Source: Octopus vulgaris (lineage: Eukaryota). From it: a stretch of DNA of 64,000 bases. The position numbers were made by a program, and so were the translations under genes. The stretch is taken from positions 102,920,001 through 102,984,000 of the forward strand of contig OX597823.1 in NCBI GenBank assembly GCA_951406725.2, given 5' to 3'. Shown one piece after another: positions 38,643 through 51,439 of the stretch. The first letter of the stretch is position 1. Each line of letters begins with the position of its first letter. The notes beneath the pieces were generated by a model, which did no database searches, had not been told where the DNA came from, and was given only the letters and a program-made list of their open reading frames with translations.

Positions 38643-39879
38643 TAATAGTTTTTATTAAAGAAATAAATAAAATAATAATTTTTCTTATAGAAGAAAATCC
38701 ATTAACTTAATTAGAAACTTAAAACATTAGGATTATTTCCTACAACACATTTATTATGTTAAATATTTATTTTTAAGGTAAAAAAATAGATAGAAATATG
38801 TATTTATCTTTGAAGATATAATTTGGCTTTAAAAACATGATAAACTCTTGAATATAACTCAGTTATATTCCAATATTTAATTACCAAATTATTTAACAAA
38901 ATAATCACTATTCATATTTTTAGATCTAAGTTCTCATCTAATAATTATAAAATATTTAAAAATAAGTATCTAAATTATAATCAACAAATATAGTAATTAA
39001 AAATCTAAAATTTTCTCTATCAATAATTATATAGACATATAACTAAAAATAAATTAATTAATTAGTCCATTATTACTTACATAAATATTATAAATATCAA
39101 TAGAATATATTTATGAAATACATTTAAAAATCAAATTAAAAACATAACCTATCTTAAAAGAACCGTATAACTATTTTACGATCTATATACCTCAGTGACT
39201 AAGTAATATCTTACAATTTACGTACAGTTATAATCTAATAATTAAATATACATATCTAAAATATCAACAACAACTAAATAATTATAGAATCAAATTAACA
39301 ATCAGTAGTTATTGCAACACTTCTTAAAATGTCATTAACTAAAATTTGAAAACGGGAATTTTCCATCTGTTTATTCTATTTCTGTTAACGTAATTCCACA
39401 AGTTAACGTAATTCCGCTTAAAAGACACGGTTTTCGAGAGTTAAGTAAACCTTTTTCTATTTAAGAAATTTTAAGATATATAGCTACAAGATAATGCATG
39501 ATTGACTGAAAACAATGTGAATAAATAAGCAGTGCATCAGAGTAACCTGAAAGCTAAATGGTTAAAGTTGGTTGTTTAGCCCCAAATCAGCCCTGATTGA
39601 GCAAGGCTTTAATTGATGGCCTTCACCATCCATTTCATTTTTTGTGTAACTAATACTACAATGTCTAATGTGTTCTTCCCACTTTAAGATGGCTGGGATT
39701 GAAAGTGCTTTGGGGAACTTGGCTGCTATTTCTAGCAGGTTGAACTACTGTGTAGATGCTGGTGTATTTAGAGATGTGAGACTGGCAGAAATCATTCTCT
39801 GTTCAAGCTACTTATACTTGTGTCCTGTTTTTAATTAATTGCTACAAACTAATTAAATATTCCGTTGTACATTACTCCA

Positions 39880-40264
39880 TCTCCTACTCAAGGGGGGCTT
39901 GAGCAATGTTATATCAGTTGCCTTGACTGCGGAGAGAGCAGCTTCTCATTGCCAATAGAATGGAGGTTAGTCTCAGGCTTGGATTTTCAGGCAACCAGGT
40001 TGCTATCTTATCAAAGCAAAAAATAAATATCAGAAACTTGTTGCAAGGTAAATGCACAGCAGGGGAGATATTCAGAAGAACTCCCATCCAACAAGTGTTT
40101 TGGCCTTTATTCCTGACAACTCTAAAGGAGCTGGGTCCAACCAGGTCATGGCCCCTAGGTGTCCTCCTGCTGCTTTCCAAAATCCTGTCTCCAGCAGGAT
40201 TCAAACCTGGGTCATTCTCCTTGTGATCTTATGTTCCCAGGTCTGTTTCAGACCACTAGGCCAC
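39880..40264 (-). mobile_element. tRNA-derived SINE-like element
   Basis: Minus strand begins GTGGCCTAGTGG (A-box) ... GGTTTGAATCC (B-box); GC-richer than its flanks. Confidence 0.55.
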
Positions 40265-42347
40265 ACTAACCACCAAAGGAACCAGTTCTCTTCCTTGTAT
40301 TTCCTATAAATAACCAATGGAATCTATAACTTGGTCCATTGATCATTTCTCCTTGTCCATATCCACATTGAGCTCTTTTCAACAACATCAGACAAGCATT
40401 TGATTGTGGCCTTTGATACCCAACTGTCCAAGTAGAAAGATAGACAGATGAAAGCCATATAGATAGACAACAGATAAGAGAGAGGGAGATAGAAGATATG
40501 TAGCCAGTTACATAGATAAGAGAAATCATCATCATCGTTTAACATCCGTTTTCCATGCGTTGAACGATTTTGACTGAGGGCTGGCGAACCAGATGGCTGC
40601 ACCAGGCTCCAATCTTGATCTAGCAGAGTTTCTACAACCGAATGCCAACCACTCCGAGAATGTAGTGGGTGCGTTTACATGCCACCAGCATGGGAGCCAG
40701 TCAGGTGGCACTGGCAACAACCTTGCTCAAATCTTTTTACACATGACACCGGCATAGGTGCCAGTAAGGCGATGCTGGTAACGATCACACTCGAATGGTG
40801 CCTTTTACATGCCACCGGTATGGAAGCCAGTTAGCCGCTGTGGCAACGATCAGGCTCTTAGCACCCTATGAGCACGGGGAACAAGTGCTAGTAAGGCGAT
40901 GCTGGTCATAAATAGACAGATAAATAACTTATGCAGCAAGGAGAAGAAACCTTTAACCCTTTAGCATTTAAACTGACCACATCTGGCTGAAATATTTTAC
41001 CTGTTTTATGTCCAAACTGGCTAGATATGACCTCTCACAACTATCCTACAATGTCCTTCTAAAAATATACAAATAACATCATCAAAATCTCAATGCCACA
41101 ATATAATAATTAATAGAAAACAATGTCAATAAAGAAGCATTACATTTGACAAAATAATCTGGAAGTTCCATGATTGAGACTTCCTCAGGTAAAGCATAGC
41201 CTTCTCTCTCATCTCATCTAGGTCGTCTCAAAGGATGCCCCATTTTAGGAGTTTCAGGTGCGCATACAATAGGAATCATAGGGCACTGCTCCATGTGGTC
41301 CTGCAGTTTCCATCTAAGAATATTAGGGTCCCATCCATTTTCTTGTATTCAAGATCTTCTGCATGATATCCTGCTTGTTCAAAGCCAGGAATCTGATCTG
41401 TTGGGTCCTGCTGATAACTAAATCCATGCCCTACTGCTGACACTTCGATTTATTGTCATTAAGGTTTGTCTGTCTCCTGGTAAGACCTCCTTGAAGATTT
41501 CTCTCCCTCCAGCATAGCTCTCCTGGTCAATGGGGCACACAGGCACTTCACTGCAACATGGTACTTGGTGAATTGGCCATTGACTACACAGTAGTTCTTC
41601 TGCCCTTTGACAGGTCTTAATTTATGTCCCGCAGGGTGTCCAACAATCACCCTCCTCACCAAGCAAGCTAGATAGGATTACCAGTTTAGTTGCCGACAAC
41701 CCAACCATGTTGTACCGGGTTACATGTTACCAGTAGTGCTCTTTGTATCTGCCAAATAAGTGGTAAGAGAAACCGTATAATGATGTACAATAACATAACG
41801 AGTAGACGCACAATTATAACTAAAGGAAAGTATGGATAAAATATCTTCATAAATTTGCCAAGATCAGATGAAAATATTATTATACAGATACTATATTTTC
41901 CAGGATATAAGTAGAATTTTTCAAACCAAAATTTACAGCCAAAAAAGTTGAGCTGACTTATACATCAAGATTAATTTGTAAGATCAAAAATTCCATGTGA
42001 AACAGCAGGATTCGAAAAGAAAGTGACAATGTTAGAATGTTTACATAACATATTATATCAACTTGTATACCAGAAAATACAACAGGGTGTCAAGAGACAT
42101 ATTTAGATAGACAGTGAAGATTGTGTATGAGAGAGAGAGAGAGACTGAAAGAAAGACAGTTCTGTTCATGCATAAAAGAAAAATTAAGACCAGATTCTTT
42201 TTTTTTATCAAATATCATTTATTTCATAATATTCTCATTCAACATGACTGGTACGTTCCTTCCCCAGACAAATGGCTGGAACTTGAAATCTGTTTCTTTT
42301 GTTTTGTTTTTTTTTTGTTATTGTTGTCTTTAATCATTTTTCTTCAG

Positions 42348-42480
42348 ATACATATATACATATACATGTATGTATATATATACACACATATATACATGTG
42401 TATGTGTATATATATATATATACATACACATATATATATTTATATATATATATATACACACACATATGTATGTATGTATA
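42348..42480. repeat. Compound (TA)/(CA) microsatellite
   Basis: Directly visible alternating purine-pyrimidine tract. Confidence 0.9.
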
Positions 42481-45400
42481 TTATAATCACTAGATAAGAG
42501 ATGAAGTAGAGAAGAGAAAATAAAAATATGGAGGTGGGTGTGGTGGATATGAGAGCAGCAGTTATTGACAGCGGCAAAGGACTAGGAAGAAAATGAAGGG
42601 AGCAAGGGTTAGAGTAACAGAGGGTTATAAAAACAAACATCTTTATTCCTTTTGGATGTTCATGGATAGTTTGGAAACTAATGAATTCTTCTGTATGTAA
42701 GAGAAAAAAAAGGAAGAGTAGGGGACAATAAAGGCAGCAGGGAGAGGGAGTGAAAAGATCTGATATAGAGGGCAGTATGTGGTGATGGCGATGGTGATCA
42801 TTTATTAAATGATGATTTTGAAATGATATTAACATAGAGTAGTGGTGATGGTGGTGAGATGTTGGGGGAGTTAAAGTATCTCCCTCCCCTGTCACACTGA
42901 AAACGAAAATTCAGAAAAAGAAAAAAAAGCGCACTTAAAAAAAAACAAACTTTTTTTGTTTTTCTTCTTTTTATAAAAAAGACATTAAAAAAAAATTTTC
43001 TTACAGAAACATTTGGAGAAGTTTCCAAATATATTTTTAAAAAAAACTCAGTAATTAAAACAAAAAAATAAACCCAAAAAACAAAAGAAAAACCTGCTAA
43101 AATAAGAGAGGGAGAATATAGGTGTCAGGTATTTTGGAAATGAGAAAAAATTTAGAACTGAATAGTGTTGAATATGTATATATGTGTATGTGTGTGTGTG
43201 TATATGTGTTTGTAAGAGTAGGTGATGGCGGTGGTATGATGGTGATGATGATGGTGATGGTAAAAATGGATTCATTGAATGATGATGAATGAGCAGTTTT
43301 GATTGGCACACAGGTATTTCATTCAGGTTTTACTTCTTTATTTCATTTTGTTTTTTTAAATTTAAAAAAAAAAAAATTTTTTTTGTTACTGTTGTTTTCT
43401 TAATCCAAGAAATTATATCAATTAGAATAACACATGTACACCTTTTTCTTTTCTTCTTTCTTTTTGAGGGTGGAGAGGGTGTAAGAGAGAGCGGGTAGGG
43501 AGTTTTATTTATTTAAATCATTTTTCAGTTGTTAAAGGGTCATGTGTAAGGGGGACCCCCCAACCCCTGCCCAACCCTCCAGATTCCCCCTTTGTTATCA
43601 CAAACATGCAATTGTATGTGTATGTATAACACACACACCCTCTCTCCTTTTCTCTCCCATTCTTTTTCACTCTCTTCTTGATATCTCAATCGGATTATTA
43701 CAAACATGCAATTGTGTATCGAAGAAATCCCCACCCTAAACTCCCACCCAAGCTTGCTGTTATCACAAACACGCATCATAAAGTAATACTAGGTACAAAA
43801 GGCACCCCTGCCTTCCCCCAACTGTTATCACAAATACACACAAACAATGCTGTGATAAATTGAACAAAATAATAATAAAAAGTGAAGAAAAGAAATCCAG
43901 AAAAAAACAAATAAAAAAAAAGGATTCAAATGCAGGAAAATAACGTGCTAATAGATTACAGATCTAATTAACTTAGATCTACTTACCAAATGAAAAAAAT
44001 TTTAAAAGTCCTAAAGAAGGCACACTTAGTGTTTATGAGTTAAATTACCTAAGTTTTATATTATTTATTTTATTCTGTATCTTGTAATAGGAAATGAAGA
44101 AGCAAACTTCAATATCTCACCCCCACCCCCAAATTTATTTAAGCAACTTATCTACCAAACTGATAGGAATTAATTTCACGCATCTTCCCACCCCACCCCA
44201 CAACTGTCTGTTTAATCACTTTTGAGCTATGCACAAGGCCAAGGGAAAAATGTTTCAAAGAAATTACTCCTTCCACATACACATAAAAAAAAAAGGTTTT
44301 GTAAGAAAACACTCTTGAATATTTTCTTTACAAAACACAATATTTCATCTTGGAGGTGTACTTGCCAGGAAAGTGGTTTGATCTGAGTCAGTGTGTTGAA
44401 AGTAAAATGATTGCAGTGAAGATGATGATACATATTAGCTTTTCAAAAACACACAAACTTAACTTCACTTAAAATATTTATTATTTGGTATCAAAATTTT
44501 CATCAGAAACGAAATTTTGATACAAATAGTAATTACAGTCTTCATGTGCTTTTGAGTGGCTAATACGCATCTTCCATTCTGCAATCATTTATTTCATATT
44601 ATTATACTTTAAAAGAATGAAAAAGATATGCTTTAAAAATCAGAACAATGAAGTATTGTGCTGCATACTATAAAAGCAACTGGTCGAATCCTCTATTGTA
44701 GATGCTATCTTTAGGCAATAAACAGCAGGGTATCTAGACTAGAAACAGCAACCCAATCTCACCAAATATCATATTTTGATAGAAGAATAGAAGCTATTCA
44801 ATTTTAAATGAATAAATAAAACAGGGATGGCCTTCCTGCTACTTAATTTCATATTACTGTGAATTCCATAAGCTTTGGGTTTATAAAGGCAATATTACAT
44901 ACTCACGATGTGCATACAAAATAGATTAACCTGTTATAGCCCAAACCTCTCCAAGCCAAATGAGGGAGGATGCCTCTAGGCAGTCATTTGATATGCTAGA
45001 AATAGTAGCAATCTTTGAAATGATAACCCTATAGTCTTAGAAAAGGACACAGATCAGTGCTAATGGAACTGCAGATCAATGATCAAAGATGCCCAAGCAT
45101 TGGTCATCCTGTCTTTCTTTACCCCTGCAGCATTTAAACCAGCCATATCCAGCTCATTCAAATATTCTAGTCCTCTCACACCTACCTTACAATATCATTC
45201 TAAAAATAAGCAACCACATCATCAAAATTCTGAAGCTACAAGATAACGCACGATTAATTCAAAATAAATTAATAAACATTACATTTGTAATGCTTATTTT
45301 CTTATAAAATGAGCCTCTGCAATAATACCAAAGAGCTTGAAGATGTAATGTAACTTGGACTAGATTACCTAATGTCTTCTAAAACAGTAAAACGTCTCCT

Positions 45401-45800
45401 CATAAACTAGGTTGGTTTCTAACAAATTATTAGATGAAATTTGACCTAATTTCAAGAGTATTAAAGTATAGTATTTACCCAAGTAATTTTCTAAGTAATG
45501 ATTGTTTATTATTATTATTATTATTATTAGTAGTAGTAGTAGTAGCAGTAGCATCATCATCATCATCATTATTATTATTAGGGCAGTGAGCTGGTAGACT
45601 CGTTACATGCCAGGCAAAATGCTAAGTGGCATTTTGTCTGCTTTTACGTTTCGAGTTCAAATTCTGCCAAGGTTGACTTTGCTTTTCATCCTTTCAGTGG
45701 GGTTGATAAAATAAGTACCAGTGAAACACTGGAGTCAATGTAATCGACTTGTTCTCTGTAACAAAAATTGCTGGTCTTGTGCCAAAATTGGAAAGAATTA

Positions 45801-45840
<40 letters not shown>

Positions 45841-45844
<4 letters not shown>

Positions 45845-46569
45845 AACTTATAAGTGAGGGCTAAAGAAAATTATTTCAAAGCCAATATGCTGATAACAGA
45901 CTATTAAATCGTCAATTTCCACATATTATTTACTCGCTACAGAAAAAAACACGAAGAACTGTAATCAGGCAAGCCGGCTGTTAGAATTTTTAAAAAAGTT
46001 TGTTATTTCTATATTGAATCAATTTTCTGTAGAAAAAAAACTTCATCCTATATTAGTAGTAGACTTATTACTACTCGCTATAGGGACTGGTAACCACTAT
46101 AACCTATAGTGGAGAAGTCAACACGTTGTGCTGAGGCTGACCAAAGAATTTTATTTTTAGATATATCTGGGGTACTTATATGTACTCATGATTTTTGCTT
46201 CGTTTTTTTCCTTGGGCGCATGTAAGTATCTTATTTATATTCTTTCGTATGTTCTACTGAAGAGGAAAGAATCTTTTATGAGATTAATTCTGAAATTGAT
46301 TCAATATAGAAATAACGAACTTTTAAAAAAAATTCTAACGGCCAGCTTGCCCGATTACAGTTCTTCATGTTTTTTTCTGTAGCGAGTAAATAATATGTGG
46401 AAATTGACAATTTAATAGTCTGTTATCAGCATATTGGCATTGAAATAATTTTCTTTAGCCCTCACTTATAAGTTGTTTATAATTTTAACCGTAAAGGTAT
46501 TTTAATATGCTGCCACATGTTTTGATGGAATTTTTTTCTGTAGAAAAAAAACTTCATCCTATATTAGTA

Positions 46570-46572
<3 letters not shown>
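45841..46572 (+). mobile_element. Penelope-like pLTR / retrozyme-like unit embedded in (TA)n
   Basis: 185-bp inverted repeat (45841-46025 vs 46293-46478), 39-bp direct repeat (46023-46061 vs 46534-46572), internal hammerhead motif, (TA)n on both sides. Confidence 0.7.
46244..46319 (+). ncRNA. Type I hammerhead ribozyme motif
   Basis: Stem I TTCGT-atg-TTCTA / TAGAA-ata-ACGAA; core CTGAAGA 46257-46263; stem II GGAA..AATCT / AGATT..TTCT; GAAA 46292-46295; stem III TTG-att-CAA; AUA cleavage triplet ending at 46306. Confidence 0.75.
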
Positions 46573-46616
<44 letters not shown>

Positions 46617-48044
46617 CTTTATGTTATTTTTTAAAAAAGATCTGAAGATTGGTAATTCAAACAGTAAGGAAAGAGAATGATGATATAAAGTGAAGTGACA
46701 TAGTCACAACAAAAAAGGACGTCTAGTTTACACTACTTAGTATTCAGCTAAACAAAATGATAATTCATTTCCCCATTTTTAAATTAGTCTTTTAATATGT
46801 ATGTATGCATGCATGTATGACCAATACTAATGGGAGGAAAGATAAGTGAAAGTATATTTTATCAACAAAATAACCAAATAATAATAATGATCATCATGAT
46901 GCTTTAAAATTTTGGCATAAGGCAGAAATTTTAGGGAAGCGGGTTAGAAGTCAATTCCATTGACAGCTATGTTCAAATGGTGCTCACTTTATCAACCCCA
47001 AAAAGATGAAAGGTGAAGTTGAACTCAGAATGTAAAGAGCTGGAAGAGCCACCAAACATTTTTGGCTGACATGCTAACGAATCTGTCAGCTTTGCTACCG
47101 AATAATAATAATCTTTCTATGATAGGCACAAGGCCTGCAATTTGGAGAGAGGAGGCTAGCTGATTACATCGATCTCAGCACCCCGCTGGTACTATTTTAT
47201 CAATCCTAAAAGAATGAAAGGCAAAGTTGACTTTGGTGGTATGGGGAATGGGTTAGTTGATAACACGTCAAAGAATTCAGTATTAGAGATTCATTTCAGC
47301 CAATGTTACTAATTGGTTTCACACTGGATATTAACAGCATGGTTAAGTAACACCACATGCTCTTCAGAGATGGCAAGTAAGGAAAAAAATAAGTGCACAC
47401 CCACACACACAGCATAGAATGGCAGCAAGCTCTTGCTAATTCAAACCCTTTTGGTATTGTTTCTTCTCACTTAGTCCAATAAGTTCAGCCATGGACAAGA
47501 ACATTCTAAGAGACAGCTCAAATATATAAACATAACTACATGATATATAAGATATTTAAGCAATCTTTCCCTAACAGCAGGACTTATTAAGATATTGATT
47601 TCAAATTTTGGTACAAGCCCAGCAATTTCAGGGGTTAAGTCAATTACATTGACTCTAGTGTTCAGCTGGTACTTATTTTATCGAACCGAAAAGAATGAAA
47701 GGCAAAGTAAAACCATGTGGCATTTTGAGGACTTAAGATATTACTCATAATAAATCAGGTCACATTACTAAAAGATTGATTTAATAAAAGCTTACATCAC
47801 TTAAGGAACACGAAGTATTATTACACTTTCAGTAAAATCGCAAAAATTTGATAGAGAAAATGTATGTGAATGAGAGGTGGGATGCAGGAGAAAGAAACAA
47901 AATTGTTCCAATTAAGAGTCAGACTTAAAGAGTATTACAAACTATTAGAATTTAATGTAATGTATACCATTAAAAAAGCAAAAACAAAATCAAGATTACA
48001 AGAATATTCTAAGTGCTACATATCACACATAACTGATATATATA

Positions 48045-48270
48045 TTTCTTTACTACCCACAAGGGGCTAAACACAGAGGGGACAAACAAGGACAGGCAAA
48101 GGGATTAAGTCGATTATATTGACCCCAGTGCGAAACTGGTACTTTATTTACCGACCTCGAAAGGATGAAAGGCAAAGTCGACCTCGGCAGAATTTGAACT
48201 CAGAACGTAACGACAGACGAAATACCGCTAAGCATTTCGCCCAGCGCGCTATTGTTTCTGCCAGTTCACC
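48045..48270 (-). mobile_element. tRNA-derived SINE, same family, reverse orientation
   Basis: Reverse complement closely matches 20415-20640. Decayed reverse copies at about 37880-38080, 46900-47240 and 47590-47720. Confidence 0.85.
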
Positions 48271-49052
48271 CTATATATAATACACATACATACACTTCCC
48301 ATATATTGGAAATCAATAGCATCAGTTACTATTATCAACTCCCAGACTAGAGTCGTAATCCATCTCATTAGGGTTAATTTAAACTTTCATCTCTCCATTA
48401 CTGATAGTTACCAATAATATATTAGAATCAATTGAATAGTTTACACACCCTTCAATAGATTTCTTCCTTTATCTGTATCACTATTGACATTGTATGATGA
48501 ATCTACTCAGGTTCAATTCCTTGTCAGAGCTACTTCACCTACATTGCTTAAACACATGGCATGGACATCAACAACTTCTTATTTTGTCTAAGAAAAAAAC
48601 AAAAAAAACCTTTATGACAATATGAGAAACAATTTCCTACAATAACTCAGAAGATTTCCTACGTTAGTAAACAAAGATGTTAAAATAAGCTACCAAATGT
48701 TTCTGGCACCAAAGAGAGAAAGAAGACTTTAGTGAACACTGGAAGAAGCAAACAGGAGTTGATTAATGAGAGCCTACTTTGGAAATTCTGACATCATTGA
48801 AATTAGATTAGTCATAACAAAGACATATTCGTCAATCATTTAAAAGATGAGACTGGAATTCAACCAAGAAGAACTTTACATGCTCTGAGTGAGAGAGAGA
48901 GAAAGGTGGAAGATTAAAGCCTAGTGAATTCAAGTTAGCTTAATAAAATGATGTTTCTAAAGGAGAAATGTATCTGCATGCACACACACACATAATTTTA
49001 TGATAAATTTTCATAAAACTATGCTGTTACTGCTGGTAAACATACAATTTAA

Positions 49053-49266
49053 CCCTTTCGTTACCAACCCGGCTGAAACCGGCTCTGAGTACAAATGTCT
49101 TGTTTTCATAAGTTTTGAATTAAAATCTTTCCCCAAACCTAAGTCACAATTTATGTTCCTAACACTAGATTAATGATAACGAAGTTATTTTGCTAAATTC
49201 TTTGTTATATTTAAAGTAATTGAAAGAAACAAAGAACAGCTCAAAATAAATACAGTAACGAAAGGG
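49053..49266. mobile_element. piggyBac MITE
   Basis: TTAA|CCCTTTCGTTAC...GTAACGAAAGGG|TTAA, the same TIR as the larger elements. Confidence 0.9.
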
Positions 49267-50475
49267 TTAATATTGTTTTGTATATAATTCTAGTTATTAA
49301 TTTTACCCTATAAGTATACACTTTGTTAAAAGATCTCCATCAGTTTAGACTGTGTATTCTAGTTGTTTGATCAACTGAACTACCTAATTATTGAATTAAC
49401 ATGAAGTCAATGAGTATTCCATAGACAAAAATATGCCCTTAACATAAATTTCAGATAGAGTCGGCATGGAACTGAGAGACATACACTGGGCCTTTGAATA
49501 AGAGGCCTGCACAGTTTCTCTCAATCTTTCCTTTAGCATTTAAACCAACCACATCAGGCCAAAATAGTCTACCAGTTTTCTTGCTCAAACCAGCCAGATC
49601 TAACCTCTCATAGCTATTCGACAATGTCACTCTAAAAATAAACAATCATCTCTTTGAAATCATTAAGCTACAAGATAATGCATGATTAATTGAAAAAACA
49701 ATGTGAATAAATAAGCATTGCACTTGACAAAGTAATCTGAATGTGCTGAAGGGTTAAAATATGTGGCCGGGAGAGAAATGCAATTTTCATTCATATACCA
49801 TTTAATATTGGTTTTTATATAGAATCCTAACTATTAAATCTTTTTTAATGAATATCAGTTGATTTCAATGATAAATATTCCAAGTTTTTTCATCAACTGA
49901 ATTAGTATTTCATTTGCGTATAGTGCTGAGCTCAAATCTTCTAATGAATAAATCCCTTGTTGAAAGAAAGATAGTTACAAAAAAGACAGGAGAAAAAAAG
50001 TTACAAAAAGACAGGAGGGGTCAGAAACACAAAGGATAAAACTTCTTAGGTTTAGAAAGCTTTTGAGTATGATGTATTAGCTATTCTCTAGATTTATCTC
50101 AGACAATTTGGCTGACTACCATCCCAAAGACTCAACACAATGTTGAAGAAATGGCAGCATACTGAGGATGATAATTATGCACTTCCAGGGGGACATACTT
50201 AGGCCCTTTAAACTGATATCTAAGAATAAGACAAATAAGCAAATATATGAAAGCAACAAGCAAACATATTAATGGCAATAATCAAACATAGTGACAATGA
50301 AGCAAATTTGGTGAAGATATTTTCTCGTAACACTCACAGCAAACTGAATCATATGACACATTGGAAAGGAGTGAATCTGCATGGCAATTTGAAACCATAA
50401 TCTTAGGAAGTAACCAAGAACTATCTAACAAAACAATTATCAATTAACATCATAAATTAATTTTTGTCTTAAAAA

Positions 50476-51439
50476 ATTGAGTTAAAAAATAAATTAGATG
50501 TTCTATATCATTAACTAATTGACCAATTATGTACCCACTCTTGATATGAAAAGGAGAAGTAGAATAAGACAGTATGATATTCGGAACTATTTTTCAAGGG
50601 TTTAGCAATGTACGATGAAGTGAATTAGCTTCAACAAGAAATCATAATCAATTTGCATGTAAGGAATTGGTGGTACTCATCAATTAGAGATGATGACATC
50701 AGACAAATATTATATGAAATAATATTTAGTGTGATATTAAGTAAGATATATACATTATCTGGATTTTTGGCTATTTCTGGTTGAATTTCAGTAATCTTAT
50801 AACAGAAACGCTAGCCCCATTTCCTTTTCATTAAACGTAATTTAGAATAAATTCAAAATTGTGGGCAGAATTTTTTTCATTTTCTTTTTAAATTTTAACT
50901 GTAAACTAAAAGTTGAAAGTATACACCACAAACATTTAAGCCATCTACCAAAACAGGACAGTGCTGTTAACCAAGTGAACTGAAGTTAACAGGATGAAAT
51001 GAATAAGGAAGAACTAAAAAAATAATTTACTTATAAATTGCTAACATTCGTTGTCCAAACTTTTGCTTCATAATTTCACTGAATAACCAGTGCCTCAGAC
51101 ACAAAAATTGTTAATTCATGGGCTTCTCGATAACTGTTATGAAGTATTTCAGGCACTCTTGCAGATCTTTCTTTTTATTCAAGATTTAAAATGTTCAATA
51201 ATTTGCATAATCAATTTTTTTTAATGACTGCAAGGGCAGATACAGTTTTAGGGAAAACCTCTCAACAAGTCACGTTCCCAAAATGGTGAGAAGTTAGAAT
51301 AAATTTTCTCTCATGTATTTTTCTTTTTCTTTTCCCTCTTTTTACAAAAACTATAAAATTATTGAGTTAAAAAATAAATTAAATGTTCTGTATCATTAAC
51401 TAATTGACCAATTATGTACCCAACTCTTGATATGAAAAG
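50476..51439. repeat. About 78-bp direct repeat pair, 885 bp apart
   Basis: ATTGAGTTAAAAAATAAATTA...CTCTTGATATGAAAAG at 50476-50553 and 51361-51439, with about 3 differences. Confidence 0.85.

Noticed and set aside
38640-39360. Mitochondrial insertion suggested by extreme AT content
   Set aside because: No mitochondrial gene, rRNA or tRNA could be recognised; the adjacent hammerhead-like motif favours a retroelement remnant.
39914-40309. Several 85-96 aa ORFs
   Set aside because: They fall within a SINE-like element and show no protein motif or splice-consistent structure.
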